Below are positions 1 to 10,351 of a DNA stretch of 64,000 nucleotides, one piece after another. Below the pieces are notes generated by a model. The model did no database searches. It worked only from the letters and a program-made list of their open reading frames with translations, and was not told the DNA's origin. The translations under genes were made by a program, and so were the position numbers. This DNA is from an uncultured Spirochaetota bacterium (GTDB lineage: Bacteria > Spirochaetota > Spirochaetia > SZUA-6 > DRHE01). The stretch covers positions 15,434 through 79,433 of the forward strand of contig CAVTQG010000031.1 in NCBI GenBank assembly GCA_963736785.1, read 5' to 3'. Within the stretch, counting starts at the first letter, position 1, and each line of letters begins with the position of its first letter.

Positions 1-315
1 GCCGGCCCGGCGGTACACGATCAGGTTGTGGTCGAAGTCCCGCGGGGCCTCCAGCAGCACCAGCAGTGGCTCCCAGCCGTGGAACCACAACAGGGCCGCG
101 GCGAAAATCGCCCCTTCGAAGCAGTGCGCCGTGCGCCGGCGCAGCACCTCCACCGGGCCATAGGCCGTGATTCCAGATGGCTCGAAGTTATAGCCGACTT
201 CGCGCGAGAGGAATTCCTGGACCTTCTCGGGGGAGTCGAGGCCGCGGGCGAGCGCCAGCTCCTGGTCGTCCAGCATCACCCGGAAGGCAGCGTGGGGAAA
301 CCGTGCCTGCTCCAT
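1..315 (-). CDS. hypothetical protein, N-terminal part only (gene runs off window start)
   Basis: Reverse strand from ATG (rc of 313-315) reads MEQARFPHAAFRVMLDDQELALARGLDSPEKVQEFLSREVGYNFEPSGITAYGPVEVLRRRTAHCFEGAIFAAALLWFHGWEPLLVLLEAPRDFDHNLIVY with no stop to the window edge. The composition is protein-like. It is absent from the ORF track because it is open-ended. The AHCFEG...DH pattern only weakly hints at a Cys/His hydrolase fold. Confidence 0.5.
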   Translation of the reverse strand, partial: MEQARFPHAAFRVMLDDQELALARGLDSPEKVQEFLSREVGYNFEPSGITAYGPVEVLRRRTAHCFEGAIFAAALLWFHGWEPLLVLLEAPRDFDHNLIVYRRAG

Positions 316-367
316 CAGGGGCCCAATATAGCAGGAAGCTTGACAACCCGGAAGAGCCGCTCGTACC

Positions 368-1514
368 ATGCCGGCGGAGGGAAACGTGCCCGCTGCCTCA
401 CCACGCGAGACTCTTCTGCGGCTGTTCCGCCAACAGGAAGTCGACCGCATCCCGGTGTCCCCGTTCATTCACGTCAACCACGTCAAGGAATTCTTCGGGA
501 GCCACGAGGTGGATTGGGTCGCCAAGACTCCCGAGGTCTACGCCCGCTATGGCTTCGATCTGATCCACCGCAACTGCTCCGCGGCCTATGATGCCTACGG
601 CCCGCCGGGCCCGCAGTGGGACTTGCGGATCGAGCGCACCCAGAACGGCAGGGACCTCAGCACGATCACGGCGATCCGAACCCCGACCGGGGATCTGCGC
701 TGCCGCGAGGAGTTGCGCTGGGTCTACGAGTATGACGCCGAGGCTTCCGCGGTGGAGTACCCGATCAAGAGCCGGGAAGACTTCGAGCGTTTCCGGGCTT
801 TCCAACCCCCGTTGGGGCGGGCGGAAGTGACCGACATCCGGCGGGCCAAGCAGGCGGCCGGCGAGGCGGGGGTCATCGCCCCCTGGATCCAAGGCGCCTT
901 CAACCTGTTGGCTATCTACTACCGCAAAGTAGACGATCTGCTGACCGACGCCCTGCTGGACCCTGGTTTTTATCACGCCCTGATGCGCCACTTCCTGGAC
1001 CGCTATAAAGCCTTCGTTCAGACAGCTCATCGACGCCGGGCGTGGACGTCCTGAGCGCCGGCGGGAACGTAGGCAACGGGAAGATGGTCGGGCCGGACTT
1101 CTTCAAGGCGTACATCTGGCCGTACGAGAAGGAGCTCGTCGACTTCATCCAAGGCCAGGGGGTGGCGGTGCTGTACCATAACTGCGGGTACGCCCGCTCT
1201 CTGCTCCCCTTGTACCCCGGGCTGGGCCTGCAGGCCTACGAGTCGCTCACCCCACCCCCGTACGGGGACACGGTGCTGGCCGAGGCGGTCCGCGCTTTCG
1301 GGCGGGGCACTACCCTGCTGGGAGGGATCGACCAGCTGGACCTGCTGCGCACCGGCGAGGCGCACGAGATCCAGACGGCAATAAGGCAGGTACTGGACAC
1401 CGTGAGGGGGCGCTGCCACTTCATCCTGGGCACCACGGACTACTTCAACGAGAACACGCCGGCGGACAAGATCCGGCGCTGGCTGACGCGGGGCACAAGT
1501 ACGGGAAGTTGTAG
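368..1514 (+). pseudogene. uroporphyrinogen-decarboxylase (UROD/MtaA-like) family protein, paralog 1, frameshifted (>=3)
   Basis: ORFs 368-1054 and 1042-1569 are consecutive parts of one UROD-fold protein (..RIPVSPFIHVNH.. / ..VDVLSAGGNVGNGKMVGPDFFKAYIWPYEKELVDFI..LYHNCGY..). Frame changes occur near 1025-1045 and near 1475. The corrected tail reads ..ALADAGHKYGKL with stop TAG at 1512-1514. Confidence 0.7.
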
Positions 1515-1523
1515 CGGGGACCC

Positions 1524-2600
1524 TCAGGCCGGCCAGTGCTCGGCGTTGAAGTACTCGGCCAGGCCGTAGCCCGCCAGCCGGCGGGTCCTGCCGCCGGCGC
1601 TGAGCGCTGCTGCTCCGTCCAGGACCAGGGGAAAAATGATGAAGTCGCTGCGCCGGCGCGGCGCTGAAGCGGAGCCCCAGGCCCGCTGCAGGGGCAGATC
1701 CTGCACCGTGATGTCCGCCGCGACTGCGACCCCGCCGCCCTCCCACTCCAGGCTCCACCGGGTGGGAATGTTGTCCGCGCCGATCTCCAAACCCCTGGTC
1801 TGCGCCTTCGGCAGGAAGCTGCCCTTGCCGGCAGGATCGATGTATACCCCGAAGCAGTAATAGGGGATCGCCCGGTCCCGCTCGTCCACCGCGTGGTAGC
1901 CGAACAGGCCGCTGCCATCCTCGAAGTACATCGTGGTGTACAGGTACATCTTGCGGGGCGCCACGGCGCGCACGGCGTGCACGATCCGTGGGTGGTCGTA
2001 GAAGATCTTCCCCTGGACACGGACCTCCCTGCCGCCGATGCGGACCAGCCCTTTCGCCGAGCCCATCGTCTCCCACATCGAGAACACGCAGCGCGGCAGC
2101 AGGCAATCCGGCAGGATCGTGACGGTGTCGATCGTAACGGCGAGCTCCACCTCAAGCTCCCCTTCCTCGGAGCGGAAATGCCACTGCATTTCCGGCCAGC
2201 CCCGCAGGCGGAAAATCTCCCGCCCGTCCTGCTCCAGCCGCACATCCAGGCGCTCGGGATCGGTCACGGCCGCGGAGGCCGGATAGCGCCCGGTGGGCAG
2301 CCAGAGCCGACCGCCGTCCCCGCCCATGACCTCCAGGTGCAGCTGCAGCAGATCGCGGTCCGGCTTCCGGTCGGCGGTCCGATGTTGAAACCTCCGCGCT
2401 GGAAGCCCATGCGCACGGCCGGCACCTCGTCGCCAGCGAAACGGCAAAAGGCCCAGTTTCCTTCCGAGTCGAAGCGCCGGGGATCGATCAGCAGGTCCTG
2501 CTTCGGGAAAGCGGCGGCCGGGTAGGTGCGTGCCGACGGTTCCCGAGAAGGTCAGGCTGGTCTGGCCGGGAAGAGATTCGCTGCGGTCGCCGGTCGCCAT
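1524..2600 (-). pseudogene. hypothetical protein, frameshifted (about 2)
   Basis: The C-terminal ~270 aa of ORF 1524-2600 is protein-like (..MYLYTTMYFEDGSGLFGYHAVDERDRAIPYYCFGVYIDPAGKG..). Between ~2340 and 2520 the protein-like frame is another one (YPAAAFPKQDLLIDPRRFDSEGNWAFCRFAGDEVPAVRMGFQRGGFNIGPP). I do not recognise a family. It is the last gene of the CUT1 #1 operon. Confidence 0.5.
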
Positions 2601-2610
2601 GGACGGCCGC

Positions 2611-3441
2611 CTATGCTTTCAGCCCGGTCATGCTCAAGCCGCGCACGAAGTGCCGCTGGAAGAAGGCGTATACCAGCAGCACCGGGCCGATCACGAGGGT
2701 GGACCCGGCCAGGGAATCGCCCGGGAACTTCTGCTCCGCCTGGGTGAAGTGGGCCAGCAGCAGGGGCAGTGTCTTCATTTCGTTGTTGGTGATGGTGACC
2801 AGCGGCCACAGGAATTCGTCCCAAGTCCAAAGGAAGATCAGGATGCCCAGCACGGCGATCGAAGAGCGGACCAGGGGCAGGATCAACGGAGAAGTAGATC
2901 CGGAAGTCCGAAGCCCCGTCGATCCGCGCCGCCTCCAGCAGGTCGTTGGGGATTCCGTACATGAACTGCCGCATGAGGAAGATGCCGAAGGCGTTCATCA
3001 GGAAAGGAAAAGCGATGCCCTGGTAGGAGTTGATCCAGTGCAGCTTGCTGATCAGAATGTACAGCGGGATCAGCACGATCTGAGGCGGGACCATGACGGA
3101 GCCCAGCACGACGAAGAACAGCGCCTCCCGCCCCTTGAACTTCAGCTTGGAGAACAGGTAGCCCGGCGGCCGTGGCCGACAGCAGCACGAAGAAAGTCAC
3201 CCCGGTGGCGACGATCAGGCTGTTCAGGTAGCCCCGGCCCATCTTCACTTCCTCGAAAACCCGGACGTAGTTGCGCAGGGTCCAGGTCCTGGGGAACAGG
3301 TGGAACTCGGCGCTGATCACCTCCAGAGAGGGCTTAAAGGAAGAAAGCACCATCCAGATCAGGGGGAACACCATGCCCAGCCCCAGCACGATCAGGACCA
3401 GGTGCAGGAAGAAGCGGCCGGTGAACCGGGCGACCGGTAAG
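2611..3441 (-). pseudogene. CUT1 ABC transporter permease (MalG-like), system 1, frameshifted (about 3)
   Basis: Fragments 2883-3389, 2552-3109 and 2611-2886 tile one permease: LGMVFPLIWMVLSSFK.. / ..SYQGIAFPFLMNAFGIFLMRQFMYGIPNDLLEAARIDGAS.. / ..LWTWDEFLWPLV..FFQRHFVRGLSMTGLKA. The EAA-loop motif is present. ATG at 3441 lies 11 nt after GAGGAGG. Confidence 0.75.
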
Positions 3442-3467
3442 AGGTTGCCATCGGCTGCCGTTCCTCC

Positions 3468-4392
3468 TCAGTACTCCCATTTCTGCTGGAAGGCCTTGAT
3501 CTCCAGCAGGACCAGGCCGAACAGGATCACGAACATGACCATGGAGATCGCCGAACCGTAGCCGAATCTCTGGCCGTAGAAGGCCGACAGGTACATGTGC
3601 AGGGTGAGGACCATCGTGGAGTTGGCCGGCCCTCCCGGGGGGCTGCCGGTCATCATGTAGATCGGCACGTACACCCGGATGGCGTTGATCGAGTAAACGG
3701 CGGCGATGAAGACCAGTTGCGGCGTCAGCAGAGGGAGGGTGATCTTGAAGAACTGCCGCAGCTGCGAAGCCCCGTCCATGTGCGCCGACTCGTACAGGGA
3801 GTCGGGGATCTCGTCCATCCCGGCCAGGAAGATCACGGTGCGGATCCCCGTGTCCCTCCAGATGTCCATGATCATGATGCACAGCAGGGCGAGCCGGTGC
3901 CCTGCAGGAACACCAGCTTGTCCCGGCTGACCCCGAACAGCGCGGAGATGACCTGGGCGAACAACCCGATTTTCGGGAAGTACAGCAGCGTCCAGACCAA
4001 CGACATCGCCACCATGGAGGTGACGACGGGCGTGAAGAACATGCGCGGTGTAGATCTTGCGCATGACCCCCCGGGTGCGGTAGATGAGCGCCGCGAGGAT
4101 GAGGGAGGTGACGATGCCGATGATGACCATAACGCCCAGGTAATAGGCGTTGTGCCAGAGGACTTTCCAGAAGATCGGGTCGGTGAACATGTAGCCGTAG
4201 TTGGAGAAGCCCGATCCACTTGTCCTCGGTGATGAGGTCGGTCTTCCGGAAGGTGAGCCAGATGTTGTAGAGGAACGGCCAGATCCCGACCAGCGTGTAG
4301 TAGACCAGCACGGTCAGGGCCACCAGGAGGATGAAGGAGTTGAGGGGCTTTCGACGCCGCTTCTTCAGCAGGGGAAGGGTTTCGCTGGACAT
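3468..4392 (-). pseudogene. CUT1 ABC transporter permease (MalF-like), system 1, frameshifted (>=3)
   Basis: The N-terminus MSSETLPLLKKRRRKPLNSFILLVALTVLVYYTLVGIWPFLYNIW comes from inside ORF 3334-4743. The middle parts are FTDPIFWKVLWHNAYYLGV.. (3468-4190) and RMFFTPVVTSMVAMSLVWTLLYFPKIGLF (3872-4219). The C-terminus reads ..IWRDTGIRTVIFLAGMDEIPDSLYESAHMDGAS.. Confidence 0.75.
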
Positions 4393-4420
4393 CGAGCTGC
4401 CGTCCTTTCCCCGGCAGTCG

Positions 4421-4450
4421 AAAAAAGGCAGCGGCGCGGCGCGCCTGCTG
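4421..4450 (-). terminator. intrinsic terminator/attenuator between SBP and permease genes of CUT1 system 1
   Basis: The minus-sense sequence is CAGCAGGCGCgccGCGCCGCTGCC followed by TTTTTT (plus-strand A-run 4421-4426). It starts 17 nt after the SBP stop. Confidence 0.5.
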
Positions 4451-4466
4451 ACCCGGAGAGCTGCCG

Positions 4467-5818
4467 TTACTGGGCCAGCTGTTTTTCCTGCTTGGTCAGG
4501 AAGTCGCTGATGTATTTGCAGCGCGTCGTCCACCGTCTTCTTTCCGAGGAACACGTTGACCATTTCCGGGTGGATGACCTGGCGGATCAGGATGGGCTCG
4601 GAGATCTTGGTGTCCAGGTGTTGATCGCCGGCAGGCCCTTTTGCGTCGCCGTCAGCGCGGTCTGAGCGAACTCGTTCATCTTGTCCGCGGGCCGCTTGTC
4701 CAGCTCGTCGACGTATTTCTTGAATGCCACCGCCCCGACCCATACGGCGGCTTCTTGTAGAACGGAATGTCGCAGAAGTCCGCCGGGTTGGTCATGCATC
4801 TCCTTGAACAGCATGCAGGGCGCCGTTCAGCTTGTCGCCTTTCAGGCGCCTGGAGACGAAGTAGGTGCCGTAGCTCACGACCGAGCCCAGTACGAGCTTG
4901 TCCTTGGCCGTGGGGAACGGCGGCATCAGCAGGTAGCCGACTCGCAGCTCGGGGAACTTTGTCATGATGCCGCCCACGTTCCAAGGCCCGATGAGGAGCA
5001 TCGCGCCGAGCTTGTTGGGGAAGGACTGGAAGGAGTCGCCGGACTGCGGGTCGAAGGACTTGTTGTCGACGAACCACTTGAAGGTTTCCAGGGCCTTCTT
5101 CGCCTCGGGGATGTTGAAGTTCCAGGTGTTGGTTTTCTTGTCGAACAGCTTGTCCCGGGCGCCCTGCATCTGGATCATGTCCAGCAGGGCGTTGGCCGCC
5201 TCGGTGTAGGTGAAGAGGATGCCGCTCCTCTTGATCGTCCCGTCGGAGTTGTAGACGGTGAGCTTCTTCGCAGCGGCCTTCAGATCATCCCAGCTCTTGA
5301 TGTCAGCCGCGTGACACCCCGGCCTGCTGGAACAGGTCCTTGTGGTAGGTGAAACCGAAGGCATTGGCGCCCGTGAGCGCGGGCACACCGTAGATGTCGC
5401 CGTTCTTGGCGGTGACGTTCTTGAGCGGCGGGGTGTAGACGTAGCTCCTTGAACTCCTCCTTCGTCATCATGGTCGGCGTCAGGGGCGTGAACAGCTTGG
5501 AGACGTCCTTGCCGAGCAGCCACTCGTCGTAGCCGAACAGGATGTCCGCCTCGTTGCCCTGGGCGATGGAGGGGATGAACTTGGCGTACAGGTCGTCGAA
5601 GGGCACCGGGATGAGGTTGATGCTCACATTGTCGGGTGCTTCTTCTCGAAGACCGGTATGTATTCCTTTATCCAGTTGATGCCGCCCGACCAGTCCTGGT
5701 ACCACCAGTCCAATTTGACCTTGGACTTCGGCTCCGGGATATTCTTTCCCTGGGCGCCGATGGACAGCGCGAGCAACAACAGCAGTACTACCAGCAGCAC
5801 GCTTCGAAGGTGCTTCAT
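4467..5818 (-). pseudogene. CUT1 extracellular solute-binding protein, system 1, heavily frameshifted (>=7)
   Basis: The signal peptide MKHLRSVLLVVLLLLLALSIGAQG is the tail of ORF 5624-8065, with ATG at 5818 after AAGGAGG. SBP-like pieces follow in changing frames (NVSINLIPVPFDDLYAKFIPSIAQG.., YVYTPPLKNVTAKNGDIYGVPALTG.., AADIKSWDDLKAAAKKLTVYNSDG.., AFKKYVDELDKRPADKM.., ILIRQVIHPEMVNVFLGKKTVDDALQ). The end is KYISDFLTKQEKQLAQ with stop at 4467-4469. Confidence 0.7.
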
Positions 5819-5849
5819 AAAGACCTCCTTGATAAGAATTGTTGCATTC

Positions 5850-5878
5850 ATTACACCACGGCCCCGATGTGAAGTCAA
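5850..5878 (-). promoter_or_regulatory. sigma70-like promoter for CUT1 system 1 operon
   Basis: Minus-sense TTGACT (5873-5878), a 17-nt spacer, then TGTAAT (5850-5855). A ~31-nt leader carrying AAGGAGG runs to the ATG at 5818. Confidence 0.4.
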
Positions 5879-5882
5879 GCAA

Positions 5883-5895
5883 CACAATCGTTGTG
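5883..5895. promoter_or_regulatory. inverted repeat CACAA-tcg-TTGTG in divergent promoter region (candidate operator)
   Basis: The 5-bp arms are perfect. The repeat lies immediately upstream of the minus-strand -35 and overlaps the candidate plus-strand -35 (TTGTGC, 5891-5896). Confidence 0.3.
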
Positions 5896-5920
5896 CGGGC
5901 TGCTTGCCTCGTGGTAGGCT
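5891..5920 (+). promoter_or_regulatory. candidate promoter for galM operon with leaderless-type geometry
   Basis: TTGTGC, an 18-nt spacer, then TAGGCT (5915-5920). Only 6 nt separate the -10 from the ATG at 5927, and there is no SD. Confidence 0.3.
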
Positions 5921-5926
5921 GGGGCC

Positions 5927-6958
5927 ATGACGCTGCGCAAGCAACCCTACGGTCGCCTGGCCGACGGCACGGCCGTCGAAAAGTACACCCTGGCCACCAC
6001 CCGCGGGGTCACCGCCGAGCTGATCAGCTACGGCGGGATCCTGACTTCCCTCACCATGCCGGACCGCCGCGGGCGCATCGCCAACCTGACTCTCGGCTTC
6101 GACGAGCTGGAGAGCTACACCACCCGCTCCCCCTACTTCGGCGCGCTGCTCGGGCGCTGCGCCAACCGGATCGCCGGGGGCGCGTTCACCATCGAGGGCC
6201 GGCGCTACCGCCTGGCCTGCAACAACGGGCCCAACCACCTGCACGGGGGCATTAGAGGTTTCGACAAGGCGGTGTGGAAAGCGCGGCCCTTCCGGAAGGC
6301 CGACACCGCCGGGCTGGTGCTGCGCCACCTCAGCAAGGACGGCGACGAGGGCTACCCGGGCAGCCTGCAGGTGGAGACGACGGTCAGCTTGAGCGAAGCC
6401 GGGCAGCTCGGCTTCCAGTTTTCCGCGCGCGCCGGCCAGCCGACCCCCGTGAACCTGAGCCAGCACAGCTACTGGAACCTGGCCGGCTCCGGCACGATCC
6501 TGGATCACGAGCTCGAGCTGGACTGCCCCTTCTACCTGCCCGTGGACCAGACCCTGATTCCCACCGGTGAGCTCCTGGCCGTGGCCGGCACGCCCATGGA
6601 TTTCACCCGCAGCAAGCCCGTGGGGCGGGACATCGGCAAGGTGCCCGGGGGCTACGACCACTGCTGGGTGGGAGGCACCACGGAGCGCGCCCTTCGGCGC
6701 CTGGCCACCTTGTACGAACCCTCGGGGGGGCGGGGGATGGAAGTCTGGACCACCATGCCGGGACTGCAGTTCTACAGCGGCAATTTCCTGGACGGGTTGG
6801 CCGGGGCCGGAGGGGCGATCTACAACCGGCACTCCGGGCTGTGCCTGGAGGCTGAGTACTTTCCGGACGCGATCAACCGGCCGCACTTCCCTGATTGCCT
6901 GCTGCTCCCGGGCCGGACCTACAGCCACCGCATCGAATACCGCTTCTTCGTGAGGTAG
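5927..6958 (+). CDS. galM: aldose 1-epimerase (galactose mutarotase)
   Basis: Intact 343-aa ORF with family hallmarks ..NNGPNHLHGG..GFDKAVW.., ..YPGSLQV.., ..NLSQHSYWNL.., ..GYDHCW.., ..GLCLEAEYFPDAIN.. Confidence 0.88.
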   Translation: MTLRKQPYGRLADGTAVEKYTLATTRGVTAELISYGGILTSLTMPDRRGRIANLTLGFDELESYTTRSPYFGALLGRCANRIAGGAFTIEGRRYRLACNNGPNHLHGGIRGFDKAVWKARPFRKADTAGLVLRHLSKDGDEGYPGSLQVETTVSLSEAGQLGFQFSARAGQPTPVNLSQHSYWNLAGSGTILDHELELDCPFYLPVDQTLIPTGELLAVAGTPMDFTRSKPVGRDIGKVPGGYDHCWVGGTTERALRRLATLYEPSGGRGMEVWTTMPGLQFYSGNFLDGLAGAGGAIYNRHSGLCLEAEYFPDAINRPHFPDCLLLPGRTYSHRIEYRFFVR

Positions 6959-6964
6959 CCTGCC

Positions 6965-8368
6965 ATGCCCATCGTACAAAAAGAGTTCACCATCGGCCTG
7001 CTGGTCACCGCACTCCTGGAGGACAAGTACAACAAGACCGGCCACATGCGCGCCGAAGCCGGAAAAGTGGCCGAGCGCTACGCCGAGAAGCTGAAAGGCT
7101 TCGGGCGGGTGGTGCACCCCGGCTTCTTCGAGTACGAAGCGGAGGCCCTGAAGGCGGCCCGGGCCCTGAAGGCCGAGGACGTGGACGTGGTGGTCGTCGT
7201 GGAGCTGGCCTACCAGAAGGGCCTGATCCCCATGCGCGCTCTGCTGGAGTTGGATGTGCCGGTGATCGTCTGGAACTCGCAGCTGGTCGACGAGTTCCCG
7301 GAAAGCGCGGACTTCGACCTGATCATGGTGAACTCCGGCATGGCCGGCTTGCCTGAGCTCACCAGCAGCCTGGCGCGCGCGGGCCGCCGCTTCTGGCTGG
7401 CGACCGGGGCCATCGACGACCCGGCGGCCCGGGAGCGCCTGGGCGAGCTGCTGGCGGCGGCCAGGGCCGCGGCGCGCCTGGGCAACGCCCGGGTCGGCAT
7501 CATCGGGCATCCGTACGAGGGCATGACCGACCTGATGCAGGACGACTTCGCCGTGCTCCAGAGCTTCGGCGCCACCTGCTGGCCCATCGACCACGACGAG
7601 GTCACTTCCGCCTTCGGGGCGATCGGGGAAAAGGCGGCACGCAGGCTGATCCAGGAACAGAAGGACCTGGGCCGCCTCATCGAGGTGGAGGAGCCCATGA
7701 TGCTGCGCTCCGCGCGCCTGGCCCTGGCCCTGGAGCAGGTGGTGCGCGAAGGCGGCTTCGACGCGGTAGCCGAGTTCGACCAGGTCTGGCTGCCCGACGA
7801 AAAGATCGGGATCATCCCGTTCTTCGGCACCTCCCGGATGCTCGAACACCACGTGCCCTTCACCTGCGAGGCCGACGTCCTGCGGGCCCTTTCCATGCTG
7901 GTGCTGGAAGAGCTGGCCGGCCACTCCACCTTCCTGGAGCACTACATCCTGGACTACAAACGCAATCTGATGTTCAACTCGCACGACGGGCACGGCAACC
8001 CCTCCCTGGCCGACCCGCGGCAGCCCGTGCGCATCGTGCCTACGATCTACTACCAGGGCGTGCACGGCTTCGGGGCTTCGTTCAACTACGCCTACCGTCC
8101 CGGGGAGGTGACTCTGGCTTCCATCGGCTCGCTGGGCGGCGGAAGATTCCAGCTAATATCGGCGGAGGGCCAATTCATCGAAATGAAGCCGCGCGACATC
8201 GCCGCTCCCCAGACCTTCTTCCAATGGGAAGGCGGGGGCATCGTGCCCTTCTCGGAGGCCTGGCTGCGGGCCGCCCCTTCCCACCACCACACCGCCGCAT
8301 ACGGCCGGCTCAACCGTCAGATCGCCCTGACGGCCGAAATGCTGGGTCTGGCGCACGCGAAGGTGTAG
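6965..8368 (+). CDS. L-arabinose/L-fucose isomerase-family sugar isomerase (AraA-like), copy 1
   Basis: Intact 467-aa ORF lying 6 nt after galM. It has the AraA-like layout (N-terminal Rossmann-like ..DVDVVVVVELAY.., ..ARVGIIGHPYEGMTD.., C-terminal ..APSHHHTAAYG..). The substrate is not assignable. Confidence 0.75.
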   Translation: MPIVQKEFTIGLLVTALLEDKYNKTGHMRAEAGKVAERYAEKLKGFGRVVHPGFFEYEAEALKAARALKAEDVDVVVVVELAYQKGLIPMRALLELDVPVIVWNSQLVDEFPESADFDLIMVNSGMAGLPELTSSLARAGRRFWLATGAIDDPAARERLGELLAAARAAARLGNARVGIIGHPYEGMTDLMQDDFAVLQSFGATCWPIDHDEVTSAFGAIGEKAARRLIQEQKDLGRLIEVEEPMMLRSARLALALEQVVREGGFDAVAEFDQVWLPDEKIGIIPFFGTSRMLEHHVPFTCEADVLRALSMLVLEELAGHSTFLEHYILDYKRNLMFNSHDGHGNPSLADPRQPVRIVPTIYYQGVHGFGASFNYAYRPGEVTLASIGSLGGGRFQLISAEGQFIEMKPRDIAAPQTFFQWEGGGIVPFSEAWLRAAPSHHHTAAYGRLNRQIALTAEMLGLAHAKV

Positions 8369-8378
8369 CCAGCCTGGG

Positions 8379-9401
8379 ATGACCGAGCAGGAGCGCTGCG
8401 AGCAGGTCGATCTGCCCTTCTACCGGGGGGAGGTCCGGCCGGTCCTGCCGCCGGCAGTGCTGGATTTCCACGCCCACGTGTGGAGCCGCAGCCACTGGCG
8501 GCAGGCTCCGGCTGAAGGCTCCCGTGGCGGAAGGTACATGGTCGTGGAGACCGAATACCCGGTGGAGAGCCTGGCGGCCGACGCCCGCCGCATCTTCCCA
8601 GACAATGCCTACCGGGCGGTGTGCTTCGGCATGCCCACCCCCCAAGCGGACATCGGGAAGACCAACCGCTACCTGGCCGAGGCCGCCGTGTCGGGCTGGC
8701 TGCACCCGCTGATGCTGGCCGGCAAAGGCCTGATGATGCGCGAGGAGCTGGAGCGCGCCCTGGCCACGCGCGCCTACAAGGGCTACAAGGTCTTCCTGAA
8801 CTGGTTGGGCGACGACTACGGCGAGCGCACGATCCAGGACATGCTCAGTCCCGTGGAGATGGAACCTGCCGACCGCCGCCGTCTGATCGTGTTGCTGCAC
8901 GTTCCGCGCGCCGGCCGCCTGGCCGACCCGGTCATCCAGGAGGGGGTGCGCACCCTGGCCCGGGACTATCCGCGCGCCCAGATCGTGCTGGCCCACTGCG
9001 GGCGCTGCTACCTGCCCGACGAGATGCAGAAGGCGGTGGGCTGTCTGAAGGGGCTGGACAACGTCTGGCTGGACACCGCCATGGTCATGGACCCCACCGT
9101 GCTGCAGATCGTCATGGAGGAGCTGGGCCCGGAGCGGCTGCTGTTCGCCACCGACTTCCCGGTGGCGGCCATGCGCGGCCGCCGCGTGTACGCGCTGGAC
9201 CACTGGGTGGACCTGGTGCTGCCCGGCCCGGCGCCCAGCGCCTACCGGGTGGCCTCACCGGATATCCGGGCCAGCTTCATGGTCTACGAGATCGTCCTGG
9301 CCATCCGCCGGGCGGCGGAGCAGGCCGGGATTTCCGCGGGGGAGCTGCGGGCCATCTTCCACGACAACGGGGCGCGCCTGCTGGAGCAAGTGGAGGTGTA
9401 G
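8379..9401 (+). CDS. amidohydrolase-2 (PF04909-like TIM-barrel metal hydrolase), paralog A
   Basis: Intact 340-aa ORF with motifs ..VLDFHAHVW.., ..LLHVPRAGRLADP.., ..IVLAHCGRCY.., ..LLFATDFPV... It is clearly paralogous to 10775-11806 and 11819-12877. Confidence 0.8.
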   Translation: MTEQERCEQVDLPFYRGEVRPVLPPAVLDFHAHVWSRSHWRQAPAEGSRGGRYMVVETEYPVESLAADARRIFPDNAYRAVCFGMPTPQADIGKTNRYLAEAAVSGWLHPLMLAGKGLMMREELERALATRAYKGYKVFLNWLGDDYGERTIQDMLSPVEMEPADRRRLIVLLHVPRAGRLADPVIQEGVRTLARDYPRAQIVLAHCGRCYLPDEMQKAVGCLKGLDNVWLDTAMVMDPTVLQIVMEELGPERLLFATDFPVAAMRGRRVYALDHWVDLVLPGPAPSAYRVASPDIRASFMVYEIVLAIRRAAEQAGISAGELRAIFHDNGARLLEQVEV

Positions 9402-9404
9402 CGC

Positions 9405-10328
9405 TTGGCGCTCAAGCCTTCCCCGCGTGGGCTCTGGTTCCTGGTGCCCACGGTCCTGCTGTGGGGCTCCACGCCGCTGTTGGTCTCGGAGGTATCCAAG
9501 CAGCTGCCGATCTGGGAAGCCAATGCCTTGATCAGCGGCTTCAGCACCCTGACCCTCGCCCTGGCCGTGACCGCTTTCGGCCGCTGGCCGGCCTTGCGCG
9601 CCCTGCGGGGCCGGCAGCTCGCCGCCATGCTGGGCCTAGGAGCCGGAGCGAACTTCCCCTACACCGCCCTGTACTACCTGGCCTTCGCCCTGGCCCCGGA
9701 GGCCGCCGGGAACGCGAACATCATCAACTACCTGTGGCCCCTGTGGGTGCTGATCCTGTCCGTGCCTCTGCTGCGGGAACCTCTTACCTGGAACAAGGTC
9801 CTGGGCATGCTCATCGCCTTCACCGGCGTGTACCTGCTGGTGTCCGGGGGAAACTGGATTCGCTTCCACGCGGAGAACCTGCCCGCCTACGCCAGCGCCG
9901 CCGCGGGGGCTTTTTTCTGGGGCCTCTTTTCGGTGTGGTCCAAACGGCAGGGGGAGCGCGAGCCGCTGACCGCCCTGTTCCTATACCTGACGGCCTCCTT
10001 CGTCTGCTTCACCATCCTGGCCCTTGTTCTGGCGGCGGCGGGGGCCATCCGCCTGACCCCGCCTTCGGGGCGCGCCTGGCTCATGCTGGCCGCCGTGGGC
10101 GCCGGCGCCAACGGACTGGGCGCCCTGTTCTGGGTCCTGACCCTGCGGCGCAGCGACACGGCCCTGGCTTCCACCCTGGTCTACCTGACCCCCTTCATGG
10201 CCCTGGTCTACCTGGCCGTGTTCCGCGGCACCCCCATCCGTCCCCTGCAGCTGGCGGCGCTGGCCCTGATCCTGGGCGGCCCCCTGTTGGAGCGCTTCGC
10301 GCGGCGCCGGACCGGCTACTTGCGGTAG
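9405..10328 (+). CDS. EamA/DMT-family transporter
   Basis: Intact 307-aa ORF with ~10 hydrophobic segments and duplicated EamA-like halves. The start is TTG at 9405, right after the upstream stop, so the start codon is uncertain. Confidence 0.75.
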   Translation: MALKPSPRGLWFLVPTVLLWGSTPLLVSEVSKQLPIWEANALISGFSTLTLALAVTAFGRWPALRALRGRQLAAMLGLGAGANFPYTALYYLAFALAPEAAGNANIINYLWPLWVLILSVPLLREPLTWNKVLGMLIAFTGVYLLVSGGNWIRFHAENLPAYASAAAGAFFWGLFSVWSKRQGEREPLTALFLYLTASFVCFTILALVLAAAGAIRLTPPSGRAWLMLAAVGAGANGLGALFWVLTLRRSDTALASTLVYLTPFMALVYLAVFRGTPIRPLQLAALALILGGPLLERFARRRTGYLR

Positions 10329-10351
10329 AGGATCGATCACGAAGGAGCCTC

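Noticed and set aside
339-370. TTGACA (339-344) followed 18 nt later by TACCAT, considered as a promoter for UROD paralog 1.
   Set aside because: The putative -10 overlaps the ATG at 368 itself, so the transcript could not include the start codon as annotated. It is too ambiguous to report as a feature.
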